From the NCBI GenBank assembly GCA_050692015.1, contig JBOGTE010000001.1, positions 1 to 52,092 of the forward strand: DNA of 52,092 bases. Direction: 5' to 3'. This document shows, in pieces, positions 26,656 to 35,415 of this stretch. The translations under genes were made by a program, and so were the position numbers. How positions within the stretch are numbered: the first letter of the stretch is position 1; each line of letters opens with the position of its first letter. Below the pieces are notes generated by a model. That model searched no databases, was not told where the DNA came from, and worked only from the letters and a program-made list of their open reading frames with translations. Source of the DNA: Candidatus Limnocylindria bacterium. GTDB lineage: Bacteria; Chloroflexota; Limnocylindria; P2-11E.

Positions 26656-27612
26656 TCAGGGGACCGAGTCGAGGAGCGGCTTCCCGTCGAGGAACGCGAG
26701 GATGTTCTCGGCCGCGCGGACGGCCATGCGCGTACGGGTCCGCCCCGAGGCCGAGGCCACGTGCGGAAGCAGCACCACGTTCTCGAGCTCGAGGAGCAGC
26801 GGCTCCACCGCTGGCTCGCGCTCGTACACATCCAGGCCCGCCGCGGCGATCACGCCCTCGCGTAGCGCCTCGGCCAGCGCGCGCTCGTCCACCACCGGGC
26901 CGCGGGAGGTGTTGATCAGCACCGCGGTGCGCCTCATCTTGCGGAGCGCCGCCGCGTCGATGAGGTGGCGTGTCGAGGGCATGAGCGGGACGTGCACCGA
27001 GACGAAGTCCGCCTCCTGGAGGAGGCGCTCGAAGGGCAGGTACTCGACGCCCAGGTCGAGCTCGGCTTGGTCGTTCCGCCGCTCGTCCGAGTACACGACC
27101 CGCATCTCGAAGCCGCGGGCGCGCCGCGCGACCTGCCGGCCGATGCGGCCCATACCCACGATGCCGAGCGTCGCGTGGTGCACGTCCTGCCCCAGGAACT
27201 GGGAGGGCCCCCAGCCCTTCCATCTCCCGGACCGGAGCACGCGCTCCGCCTCTCCGAAGCGGCGCGCCGCGGCGAGGAGCAGCCCGAAGGCGCCGTCGGC
27301 GGTGGTCTCGTCGAGGATCCCGGGGGCGAAGGTCACGGGGATGCCGCGCTCCTTCGCCGCGGCAACATCGATGTTGTCGTAGCCCGTCCCCATCGTGGCG
27401 ATCATCCGGAGCTTCGCGGCCCCGCGGATGGCCTCGGCATCGAGCGGGTTCGCCGGCAGCGTGTAGACGACGTCCGCGTCCCGCACCAGATCGCGGACCT
27501 CCTCCCTCGTCGGGAGCGGCGGCTCGGCCGGGCCGACGGAGACTTCGGCGCGCGGGCGCAGCAGGGCCAGCGCCTCTTCGGCCACGGGCCGCGTGACGAC
27601 GATCTTGGTCAC
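26656..27612 (-). CDS. D-2-hydroxyacid dehydrogenase (glyoxylate/hydroxypyruvate reductase-like)
   Basis: TLGIVGMGRIGRQVARRA (NAD-binding site), INTSRGPVVDE, LDVYEREP, and LPHVASAS (Arg-Glu-His catalytic set). Confidence 0.9.
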   Translation of the reverse strand: MTKIVVTRPVAEEALALLRPRAEVSVGPAEPPLPTREEVRDLVRDADVVYTLPANPLDAEAIRGAAKLRMIATMGTGYDNIDVAAAKERGIPVTFAPGILDETTADGAFGLLLAAARRFGEAERVLRSGRWKGWGPSQFLGQDVHHATLGIVGMGRIGRQVARRARGFEMRVVYSDERRNDQAELDLGVEYLPFERLLQEADFVSVHVPLMPSTRHLIDAAALRKMRRTAVLINTSRGPVVDERALAEALREGVIAAAGLDVYEREPAVEPLLLELENVVLLPHVASASGRTRTRMAVRAAENILAFLDGKPLLDSVP

Positions 27613-27657
27613 GGCCGGTCGAGGATAGTCACGACGAACCCGGCCCGGCGGCCGGCT

Positions 27658-28032
27658 CTACGCGGCCGAACCCGGCCCGCCGCCGTCGCCCCTGCGGCTC
27701 GCCTGCGGCACGCGTCGCGAGATCTCCTCGCGCATCGGCCGGCTGGCTTCGGCGTACTGGCGGATCGTCTCGCTCAACTTCCGCGCGGCCACCGGGATGT
27801 TCACGGCCCAGCCGACGCCGAACACCTTGTCGCTGAACACGGTGTCGCTCTCCGGGTCCCAGTACGCGCTGCGGAAGCGCTCGACGGTAGGCAGGCGGAA
27901 GTCGTAGGGGATCACCCCCGCCACGCGGCCGTGCCAGGTCCGCTCGGCCGGAGGCTTGCGCAGCTCCTGGTAGAGCGCGCCGATGAACGCGGCCCACGCC
28001 AGGGTCCTTATCGCGCCAAGCAGGTCTCTCAC
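27658..28032 (-). CDS. Hypothetical membrane-associated protein, translationally coupled to pyrE
   Basis: GTGA overlap with the pyrE stop. VRDLLGAIRTLAWAAFIGALYQEL (TM helix)...GVIPYDFRLPT..FGVGWAVNI. I recognise no family with confidence. Confidence 0.45.
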   Translation of the reverse strand: MRDLLGAIRTLAWAAFIGALYQELRKPPAERTWHGRVAGVIPYDFRLPTVERFRSAYWDPESDTVFSDKVFGVGWAVNIPVAARKLSETIRQYAEASRPMREEISRRVPQASRRGDGGGPGSAA

Positions 28033-28661
28033 GGCGTCGCCTTCTTCCCGGCGCCTCCGGCGGCGCCTGCGGTCGCGGGCGCAGGTGTCGTGCCAGGCCT
28101 CTGGAGCGGAACGCCCGCCGCGCACTGGGGACACGAGGCCGGCTCGTAAGTCTCCATCGCGACCTCCCACAAAGCGAAGTGTGGGACCTCTGACCCGACC
28201 GCCGCTCCGCCCGAGCGGTCTACGAGGACCGCCACCGCCGCGACCTGCCCGCCCGCGTACCGCACCGCGGCGATCGTCTCCTCGACGGACCCGCCCGTGG
28301 ACATGATGTCGTCCACGACCAGAACGCGCTCGCCGGGGCCGAGGCGGAAGCCGCGGCGGAGCACGCGCCCGCTGCCGGTCTCGGCGCGCTCGGCGTAGAC
28401 GGCGCGGGCGCCGAGCTGCCGCGCCACCTCGTGCGCCAGGATGATCCCGCCGGTGGTCGGCCCGGCCACTGTCTCGACGCCCAGCCCGCGGACCCGCTCC
28501 ACGATCGCCGCGCAGAGCTCCTGGGTCTTTGCAGGCCACTGCAGGACCTGGAACTTCTCGAGGTACCTCGGCGAGTGCCGGCCCGAGGCGAGCTCGAAGT
28601 GGCCTTCCTGGAACGCTCCCGCGGCGCGGAAGCGCTCCTCTACCTCCTCTGGGCGCATCAC
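28029..28661 (-). CDS. pyrE: Orotate phosphoribosyltransferase
   Basis: FQEGHFELASGRHSPRYLEKF and the PRPP-binding loop VLVVDDIMSTGGS. Confidence 0.93.
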   Translation of the reverse strand: MMRPEEVEERFRAAGAFQEGHFELASGRHSPRYLEKFQVLQWPAKTQELCAAIVERVRGLGVETVAGPTTGGIILAHEVARQLGARAVYAERAETGSGRVLRRGFRLGPGERVLVVDDIMSTGGSVEETIAAVRYAGGQVAAVAVLVDRSGGAAVGSEVPHFALWEVAMETYEPASCPQCAAGVPLQRPGTTPAPATAGAAGGAGKKATP

Positions 28662-28744
28662 GGCAAGTATGCCGACCAGTCCGAGGAGTCCCTGACCGAC
28701 CTTGCTCGCGAATCAGGGCGACGACGGGCGAGTACGTAGTACCT

Positions 28745-29404
28745 ATGCTCCGAAGGATCTCCATGCGCGTGCACGACGTCACCCTCACGCTCCGCCCGGG
28801 CATGCCGACCTGGCCGGGCGAGGACGGCCCGCGGATCGAGCCGCTCAAGCGCATCGCCCGCGGCGACAGCTCGAACGTCTCGCTCGTCCGGTTCGGCGAC
28901 CACACCGGCACGCACGTGGACCCGCCCGTGCACTTCCTCGAGGGCGGTGCCACGATCGATCGGCTGCCGCTCGAGCCGCTGGTGGGGCCGTGCCTCGTGG
29001 TCGGGTACGGCGAAGAGGACCACGTCTCCGGGCAGTGGCTGGACGGCGCGGGGATCCCCGCCGGAACGGAGCGCGTCCTCTTCCGGACCCGGAACAGCGA
29101 GCGCTGGGCGCGAGGCGATGCCGCCTTCGATGAGGGCTTCATCGCGCTGGATGAGACCGCGGCGCACTGGCTCGTCCGCGCGGGCGTGACGCTGGTCGGC
29201 GTGGACTACCTGTCGGTCGAGCCGTTCGGCTCCGGCAAGATCGGGCACCCGGTCCACGTCGCGCTGCTGCAAGCGAACGTGGTCATCGTGGAAGGGCTGG
29301 ATCTCCACGCGGTGGAGCCCGGCGACTACGACCTCTTCTGCGGTCCGCTCAAGATCGAGGGTGGGACCGGCTCGCCCGCTCGGGTGCTGTTGGTCCAGCG
29401 CTGA
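28745..29404 (+). CDS. Cyclase-family protein / kynurenine formamidase-like metallohydrolase
   Basis: GDHTGTHVDPPVHF (HxGTHxDxPxH motif)...VGVDYLSVE......HVALL. Confidence 0.8.
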   Translation: MLRRISMRVHDVTLTLRPGMPTWPGEDGPRIEPLKRIARGDSSNVSLVRFGDHTGTHVDPPVHFLEGGATIDRLPLEPLVGPCLVVGYGEEDHVSGQWLDGAGIPAGTERVLFRTRNSERWARGDAAFDEGFIALDETAAHWLVRAGVTLVGVDYLSVEPFGSGKIGHPVHVALLQANVVIVEGLDLHAVEPGDYDLFCGPLKIEGGTGSPARVLLVQR

Positions 29405-29432
29405 GTCGTCGGCACCGGACCGGGTCCGTCAG

Positions 29433-29819
29433 CTAGCCGACCCGCAGAAGCAGCATCTTCATCTTCCGGACGGTCCGATCGAGCGGGTTCAACACGAGGC
29501 CGAGCTCCTCCAGCGTGACCGTCCCGAGCAGTGCGACGTCGCCGGGTTCTCCCAGGATGACAGGAGTCGCGGTCTCGCCCATCGACGGCAGTGCGATCCG
29601 GCACTCGGACATCTTCCGCTGGATGACGGTTCCGTCCGCCAGCGCGAAGCGCTCTGTCCGAGTTGGCACCAAGGCCAGTCGCCGCCAGACATCCGTGGGC
29701 AGCAGCGAGTAGTTCGCACCGCTGTCCACAAGGAGCTCGAGTTCCGTCTGGACACCGGTCGGACCGGTGACGACGCCCTTGACCTGCGTGACTCCCATCC
29801 AGATGCGCCCTTCGGCCAT
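29433..29819 (-). CDS. Retropepsin-like (clan AA) aspartic protease, copy 1
   Basis: LELLVDSGANYSLLP (D-S-G active site) and PVILGEPGDVALLGTVTLEELGLVLNP. It is paralogous to 44170-44595. Confidence 0.7.
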   Translation of the reverse strand: MAEGRIWMGVTQVKGVVTGPTGVQTELELLVDSGANYSLLPTDVWRRLALVPTRTERFALADGTVIQRKMSECRIALPSMGETATPVILGEPGDVALLGTVTLEELGLVLNPLDRTVRKMKMLLLRVG

Positions 29820-29869
29820 GCCTTGAAGTGTCCACCTGCCGCGCCCGGCCGTCCACGACGTGGACAGGC

Positions 29870-30928
29870 TCAGACGATCAGTGTCGCGTCACCGAATTCG
29901 TGCCATAGATAGCGCTGCATCACGGCCTCGGAGTACGCGCGCGCGAGCAGGGGCTCGTCTACGAACGCCAGGAGCAGGTCGAAGTGGCTCGCCTGCGGCT
30001 CGTGGAATCCGGTGAGGAGCGCGTCGGTCACGCGCATCCGCCGGCCGGGCCTGATCACCAGATCCGTCCAGCCGCGACCGGCACGGAGCTCGCCGGTCTG
30101 CGCGGCGGTCTCGAGGGCCCGGACGACAGTGGTACCGACGGCGAGCACCCGCGGGCCCTGCGGGTCGCCACCGCGCGCGAGCCGCGTCTCCCGCACCGCG
30201 GCGACGGTCGCGTCGGGCACCTCGTACCACTCCTCGAACATGCGGTGCTCCACGTCGAAGCCGTCGTCCTGGAACGAGCTGAGGCCCGTGTGGAGGATGA
30301 CCTCCGCCAGCCCGACGCCCTGAGCGCGTAGCCGCTGCAGCAGCTCCCACGTGAACGGGCGCCCGGCCGAGGGCGGCTCGGCGGACCCGGGCCGCGCCGC
30401 ATAGACGGTCTGGTAGAGGTCCGCCTCCACGCGCTCGGGGACGTACGAGTACCGGATCGGCTCGCCCAGGTCCGCCAGGAGGGCCACGCCGTCCGCCTCG
30501 ACGCGCAGGCGCCAGAGGTAGGGGATGTCGTCGCGCCGGCCCAAGACCCTGGCGCGCGCACCGCCGAGAGCGAGCCGTTCGCCCGCGGTCAGCGCGACGT
30601 TCTGGTGCGGTGGCTGCGTCTGGACCGAGAGGGCGTCCCACTCCTCCGCGCCGCCTCCGAGGGGACGGCGCACGCAGGGACGCAGCTGGACGAACGTCCC
30701 GTCGGCGCGCCCCGCGGGGACCGCCGCCGGAAGGGTCCGGCTCGTGTTCACGACGAGCAGGTCGCCCGGCCGGAGCCAGCGCTCGATCTGGTCGAAGCGC
30801 GCGTGCTCCACCGCCCGCTTCGCGCGGTCCACGACCATGAGGCGGACCCGGTCGCGGCGGATCCCCCGCACCTCCGCGGGTACCCGAGCCCGAAGCTCCG
30901 GCGGCAGGGCCGGAAGGACGCTCGTCAC
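29870..30928 (-). CDS. S-adenosylmethionine:tRNA ribosyltransferase-isomerase (QueA)-like protein
   Basis: LLVVNTSRTLPA..., IRYSYV........YQTVYA..PGSAEPPSAGRPFT.ELL..L...GV....VILHTG..SF, VLAVGTTVVRALE and LLTGFHEP.AS...L are QueA hallmarks. GTGA overlap with the SDR gene. Confidence 0.8.
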   Translation of the reverse strand: MTSVLPALPPELRARVPAEVRGIRRDRVRLMVVDRAKRAVEHARFDQIERWLRPGDLLVVNTSRTLPAAVPAGRADGTFVQLRPCVRRPLGGGAEEWDALSVQTQPPHQNVALTAGERLALGGARARVLGRRDDIPYLWRLRVEADGVALLADLGEPIRYSYVPERVEADLYQTVYAARPGSAEPPSAGRPFTWELLQRLRAQGVGLAEVILHTGLSSFQDDGFDVEHRMFEEWYEVPDATVAAVRETRLARGGDPQGPRVLAVGTTVVRALETAAQTGELRAGRGWTDLVIRPGRRMRVTDALLTGFHEPQASHFDLLLAFVDEPLLARAYSEAVMQRYLWHEFGDATLIV

Positions 30929-31680
30929 GACCGCTGCCCCGCGAGAGCCCCAGGGTCCGAGCGCTGGGCGAGGAGGTCGGGCGCACGGAGCCGGGCACCG
31001 TTCGGAGGGTCGATGCGCCCGGTCAGCAGGTCGGCCAGGACCGGCGCCACCGTCGCGGGATGGAGCAGGGCGGCGGGGTCGTCCTCGGGCAGGGCGGCCC
31101 GGTGCATCGCGGTGTCCATGTCGCCCGGATCGACGGACCACACACGGACCCCGGTGCCCTCGAGCTCGGCGGCCCACGTCCTGGTGAGCGAGTCGAGAGC
31201 GGCCTTCGAGGCGGCGTACGCGCCCCAGCCGGCGTAGCCCGTGACCGCGACGTCCGAGCTGATGTTCACGACCCTGCCGCTTCCTCGCCGGATCATGTCC
31301 CCGATCAGTGCCCGGGTGAGCCGGAAAGGCGCGACGAGATCGACCTGGACGACGTCGTCGAACGCGGCGGGCGGGTAGTCCACGAGGAACGGGAGCGGCG
31401 TCGGGCCGAGCTCCGAGGCGTTGTTGAGAAGGGCGTCCACGTGACCGAAGCGGTCGAAGGCACGCGCGGCGATCCTCTCGATGTCGCGAGGGGAGCGCAG
31501 GTCCGCCGCGACCGCGGCGACCTCCGCGCCTAGCGCGCGCAGCGCCGCTTCCGTCCTGGTCAGGTCCTCGCTCGCGCGCGCGCAGATCAAGAGCGCGGCA
31601 CCGCGTCGCGCGAGCTCCAGGGCGGTCGCGCGGCCGAGCCCGCGCGAGGCCCCCGTGATCACCACGACGTCTTCGGGCAT
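30925..31680 (-). CDS. Short-chain dehydrogenase/reductase (SDR)
   Basis: VVVITGASRGLGRA (TGxxxGxG), NNAS, and YAASKAAL (YxxxK). I take ATG 31680 as the start. Confidence 0.9.
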   Translation of the reverse strand: MPEDVVVITGASRGLGRATALELARRGAALLICARASEDLTRTEAALRALGAEVAAVAADLRSPRDIERIAARAFDRFGHVDALLNNASELGPTPLPFLVDYPPAAFDDVVQVDLVAPFRLTRALIGDMIRRGSGRVVNISSDVAVTGYAGWGAYAASKAALDSLTRTWAAELEGTGVRVWSVDPGDMDTAMHRAALPEDDPAALLHPATVAPVLADLLTGRIDPPNGARLRAPDLLAQRSDPGALAGQRS

Positions 31681-31747
31681 GGCTCGATGGTCCCTGGACC
31701 GGACACACCGCACATCGGGCACCCGGCCTCCGTCGTTCGGCGGAGTC

Positions 31748-32575
31748 CTACCCGACCAGGCCGCTCCGGACCGCGAGGACGGCCGCCTGCGTGCGGTCGG
31801 CGACCCCCAGCTTGCCCAGCACGCTGGAGACGTGCGACTTGACGGTCTTCTCCGAGAGCCCGAGGTCGCTCGCGATCTCCTTGTTGGAGCGGCCGTCGGC
31901 CATCAGGCGCAGCACGTCGAGCTCGCGCGCGGACAGCTGGCGCATGCCGGCGGCGCGCGCTCCCGCCACCATGCCGACGAGCGCGCGCGAGACGGCCTCC
32001 TGGATCTCGCGTGCGATGCGGTCCCGCTCCCGAAGAGCCGCGAGCTCGCGCTCGCGGGTGGCCAGCCGGGCCGTGGCTATGGCGAGCCCCGCGTGCGCGG
32101 CGAGCATCTCGACCATGTCCTGGTCGGCCGCGGTGAACCGCCCGGCCGCCGTTCCGGACAGGTAGAGCTCGCCCAGGACCTCGCCCCGGTGCGTGATGGG
32201 CACCCCGAGGAACTCGCGCAGGTCGGGATGATGGGCCGGGTAGTAGGAGAAATCCGGGTGATCCCGGATGTCGGCCAGGCGCACGGCCTTCCCCTCGCGG
32301 AGGATGGTGCCCAGCAGGCCGTGGAGGCGCGGCAGCTCGCCGATCAGGTCGGCCCGCCGGCGCGGGATGCCGACGTGGATGAAGGTGCCGAAGCCGCCGC
32401 GCTCGTCGCGGATGCCGAGGGCTCCGTACCGCGCGCCCACCAGGCGCGCAGCGGTGCGCAGGATCCGCCCCAGCGTTCGGTCGAGGTCGAGGTCGCCGCC
32501 GATGGCCAGCGCCGCGCGGTGGAGCTGCTGCAGCTCGCCGGCGCCGGCCGCCGAGCGACCCCGGGATGGGCTCAT
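31748..32575 (-). CDS. GAF-domain / LuxR-HTH one-component regulator containing a degenerate HisKA_3 (DHp) segment
   Basis: GAF domain (..ARYGALGI.D..G....F...G.......L......G......R..D), then ALRERDRIAREIQEAVSRAL (an H-box-like helix with Q in place of the phospho-His), then LSARELDVLRLMADGRSNKEIASDLGLSEKTVKSHVSSVLGKLGV. Confidence 0.85.
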   Translation of the reverse strand: MSPSRGRSAAGAGELQQLHRAALAIGGDLDLDRTLGRILRTAARLVGARYGALGIRDERGGFGTFIHVGIPRRRADLIGELPRLHGLLGTILREGKAVRLADIRDHPDFSYYPAHHPDLREFLGVPITHRGEVLGELYLSGTAAGRFTAADQDMVEMLAAHAGLAIATARLATRERELAALRERDRIAREIQEAVSRALVGMVAGARAAGMRQLSARELDVLRLMADGRSNKEIASDLGLSEKTVKSHVSSVLGKLGVADRTQAAVLAVRSGLVG

Positions 32576-32610
32576 GCGAGGATGATGCGCATGACCTGGC
32601 GGAACGGCCC

Positions 32611-33285
32611 GTGACCCTCGCGAGCCCGGCCCGCGCGACCCGCCGGGACCTCATCCGAGTCTTCGGCGAGGACCGGCTGGTCGCCGTCGTCCGCGTGGGC
32701 AGCGCCGACGTCGCCGCCCTCGCCGCGCGCGTCCTCGCCGAGGCCGGCCTGCGGCTCATCGAGATCACGCTCACCGTGCCCGACGCCTTCGAGCTCATCG
32801 AGCGCCTCTCGACCGACGAGGACCTGGCCGCGCGGGGCGCCACCGTCGGAGCCGGCACGGTCCTGAGCGGACGCCAGGCCGAGGACGCCCTCTTGGCCGG
32901 CGCCCGGTTCCTCGTCAGCCCCATCCTCGTCCCCGACATGATCCGGGCGGCGCGCTCCCGCGACGCCATGAGCATGCCGGGCACCTTCACCCCGACCGAG
33001 ATCGTGCAGGCCGCCGAGCTCGGCGCCGACGCCATCAAGATCTTCCCCATCCAGAGCCTGGGCGGACCCGCCTACATCGCGAACGTGCGTCGCGCGATCC
33101 CGCATCTGCCTCTCGTGCCGACGGGCAACATCGCGCTCGACGAGATCCCCGCCTACGAGGAGGCCGGCGCCGCCGGCTACGGCATCGGCGCGCCGCTGAT
33201 CCGCCCCGACCTGATCGAGGCCGGCAAGCGCGAGGAGGCGGTCGCTAACGCGAAGCGCTTCCTGGAGACGACAAGGAAGAGGTAG
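32611..33285 (+). CDS. eda: KDPG / 4-hydroxy-2-oxoglutarate aldolase
   Basis: LVAVVRV......A.......GL..IEITL..P.A...I......VGAGTVL....A......GA.F.VSP...........MPG..TPTE......GAD.IK.FP is the Eda pattern with the Schiff-base Lys. The start is uncertain: GTG 32611 is preferred over ATG 32566, which would overlap the divergent gene's start. Confidence 0.8.
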   Translation: MTLASPARATRRDLIRVFGEDRLVAVVRVGSADVAALAARVLAEAGLRLIEITLTVPDAFELIERLSTDEDLAARGATVGAGTVLSGRQAEDALLAGARFLVSPILVPDMIRAARSRDAMSMPGTFTPTEIVQAAELGADAIKIFPIQSLGGPAYIANVRRAIPHLPLVPTGNIALDEIPAYEEAGAAGYGIGAPLIRPDLIEAGKREEAVANAKRFLETTRKR

Positions 33286-33296
33286 GGCGCGGCGCC

Positions 33297-34268
33297 CTAG
33301 CGGTGCGCGATGCGCGGGTCGATGAACGCGTAGGTGATGTCGCGCAGGATGTAGCTGATCACCAGGAGCGAGCTCGAGATGATCACCCCGGCCTGCACCA
33401 CGGGGTAGTCCTTGGCGATAGCCGCCTGGTAGGTGAACTGGCCCAGGCCGGGCCAGGTGAAGACCTGCTCGATGATGAGCGCACCCGAGACCAGGCCGGC
33501 CAGGATGCCGCCCAGCGACGTCACCACCGGGATGAGCGCGTTGCGCAACGCGTGGCGCGTGACAACGATCTTCTCGGCGAGCCCCTTCGACTGCGCCGTC
33601 CGCACGTAGTCCTGGCGGAGGACCTCGAGCATCTCCGTACGCAGGAGGCGCGCGTAGAGCGCGATCCCGGTAAAGGCGAGCACCAGCGACGGCATGATGA
33701 TGTGCTTCACGCGGTCGGCGATGTCCCACTGGTCCCTGCCGATGGTCAGGACGCCCTGGCTCGGCATCCACCCCAGCGTCACGGCGAAGACGATGATGAA
33801 GATGAGGCCCATCCAGAAGTCCGGCACCGCGTGGCCGATGGTCGCGGCGAACCTGATGGTCTGGTCGATCACCTTGCCGCGGTTGAGAGCCGCGATGATG
33901 CCGAGCGGAACGCCGATGAGCAGCTGCCACATGAGCGCGGTGGCCGCGAGCATGAGCGTGTTGGGCAAGCGGGCCAGGAGCATGGACGTGGGGGTCTGGC
34001 CCGGGTAGATGATCGAGAAGCCGAAGTCGAGCCGCAGGGTGTCCCACATGTAGCGGACGTACTGCTCGTGCAGCGGCCGGTCCAGGCCGTAGCGGCTGCG
34101 GATCTCCTCGATCTCCGCGCCGGTCAGGTCGAGCCCGAAGGTGACGAGGCGGATGGGGTCGCCGGGGGCGAGCCGGGAGATGAGGAAGGTCAGCGTGATG
34201 ATCCCGAACATCGTCGGGATCGCCTGAACGAGGCGCCGGATGATGAAGCGCCGGGTCCCGCTGGACAT
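33297..34268 (-). CDS. ABC transporter permease, DppB/OppB (peptide/nickel) family, with no partner subunits nearby
   Basis: FIIRRLVQAIPTMFGIITLTFLISRLAPGDP, and the EAA-loop region YVRTAQSKGLAEKIVVTRHALRNALIPVVT. Confidence 0.9.
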   Translation of the reverse strand: MSSGTRRFIIRRLVQAIPTMFGIITLTFLISRLAPGDPIRLVTFGLDLTGAEIEEIRSRYGLDRPLHEQYVRYMWDTLRLDFGFSIIYPGQTPTSMLLARLPNTLMLAATALMWQLLIGVPLGIIAALNRGKVIDQTIRFAATIGHAVPDFWMGLIFIIVFAVTLGWMPSQGVLTIGRDQWDIADRVKHIIMPSLVLAFTGIALYARLLRTEMLEVLRQDYVRTAQSKGLAEKIVVTRHALRNALIPVVTSLGGILAGLVSGALIIEQVFTWPGLGQFTYQAAIAKDYPVVQAGVIISSSLLVISYILRDITYAFIDPRIAHR

Positions 34269-34308
34269 GTACTAGAGGGTACTTAGGATCGCCGCCCTAG
34301 GTTCGGAT

Positions 34309-35415
34309 CTAGGCCGTGGGCGGCAGCGAGGCCGCCAGCGCCGGCTCGCCTCGCAGCTTGGCGAAGCCCGGCTTGATGCGCCCGTAGATGAGCGCGACGC
34401 GCTCGTCGTAGCCGACGAAGGCGGACTTCATGGCGTTGATGCTGAGGCGCTCGACGTCCGCGAGCGTGAGGCCGAGCGTCGCCGAGAGACGGCGGAGCTC
34501 CTCGGAGAGCGTGATGTCCGACATGAGCCGGTTGTCGGTGTTGACCGTCACGCGGAAGTGCTGGGCGATGAAGTGGCGGATGGGGTGCTCGGCGAGCGAC
34601 GGCACCGCCCCCGTGTCCACGTTGCTCGTCGGACAGAGCTCCAGCGGGATGCGCTTGTCGCGTACGTAGGTCGAGAGCTGGCCGAGCTTGATGACCGTTC
34701 CCTCTGAGATCGCCATGTCCTCGACCAGCCGGACCCCGTGGCCGATGCGGTGCGCGCCGCAGTACTGGAGGGCCTGCCAGATGGACGGCGGGCCGAAGGC
34801 CTCGCCGGCGTGGATGGTGATGGAGAAGTTCTCCCTCCGGCAGTGCTGGAACGCGTCGAGGTGCGCCTTGGGCGGGTGCCCCGCCTCCTCGCCGGCGATG
34901 TCGAACCCGACCACTCCGCGGTCCCGGAAGGAGACGGCCAGCTCCGCCATCTCCAGCGAGTCGGTGCGGTCGCGCATGGCCGCGACGAGCTGCCGGAGCA
35001 CGACGCCGTGCTCGCGCTCCGCCCGGGCGAACCCTCTGGCCACGGATTCCACGACCTGCTCCAGGTTCAACCCGCGCCGGGTGTGGAACACCGGCGCGTA
35101 GCGCACCTCGGCGTACACGACGCCGTCGCGCGCCAGGTCCTCGCCGCACTCGAACGCCACACGCTCGATGCCCTCGGCGGTCTGCATGACGGCGATGGTG
35201 TGCTCGAACGGGCGGAGGTAGAGCGCCAGCGAGCCTCCCGCGGTGGCGGCCTGGTGGCACCACCGCGCGAGCTCCGCCGGGTCCAGGGTCGGCAGCCCCT
35301 CGTATCGGAGGTCGCGCGCCAGCTCGACGATCGTCGCCGGCCGGAGCCCGCCGTCCAGGTGATCGTGGAGCAAAACCTTCGGCGCGGCGCGCAGGGTCGC
35401 CAGCGGGAGCGTCAA
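34309..35415 (-). CDS. add: Adenosine deaminase
   Basis: APKVLLHDHLDGGLR, TIHAGEAFG, RIGHGV, and TVNTDNRLMS. The proposed TTG start at 35415 overlaps the upstream stop (TTGA). Confidence 0.9.
   Translation of the reverse strand: MTLPLATLRAAPKVLLHDHLDGGLRPATIVELARDLRYEGLPTLDPAELARWCHQAATAGGSLALYLRPFEHTIAVMQTAEGIERVAFECGEDLARDGVVYAEVRYAPVFHTRRGLNLEQVVESVARGFARAEREHGVVLRQLVAAMRDRTDSLEMAELAVSFRDRGVVGFDIAGEEAGHPPKAHLDAFQHCRRENFSITIHAGEAFGPPSIWQALQYCGAHRIGHGVRLVEDMAISEGTVIKLGQLSTYVRDKRIPLELCPTSNVDTGAVPSLAEHPIRHFIAQHFRVTVNTDNRLMSDITLSEELRRLSATLGLTLADVERLSINAMKSAFVGYDERVALIYGRIKPGFAKLRGEPALAASLPPTA

Noticed and set aside
27658-29142. 494-aa minus-strand ORF covering the pyrE region
   Set aside because: Only its last 124 codons (27658-28032) are kept as a hypothetical CDS. 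The rest overlaps pyrE in another frame and the cyclase-family gene in antisense, and it translates to Arg/Gly/Pro-rich nonsense.
32566-32610. ATG 32566 as the eda start, which would overlap the divergent GAF-LuxR start
   Set aside because: The encoded MGSCEDDAHDLAERP has no counterpart in Eda proteins and would place two start codons back to back. GTG 32611 gives a normal-length aldolase. The call remains uncertain.
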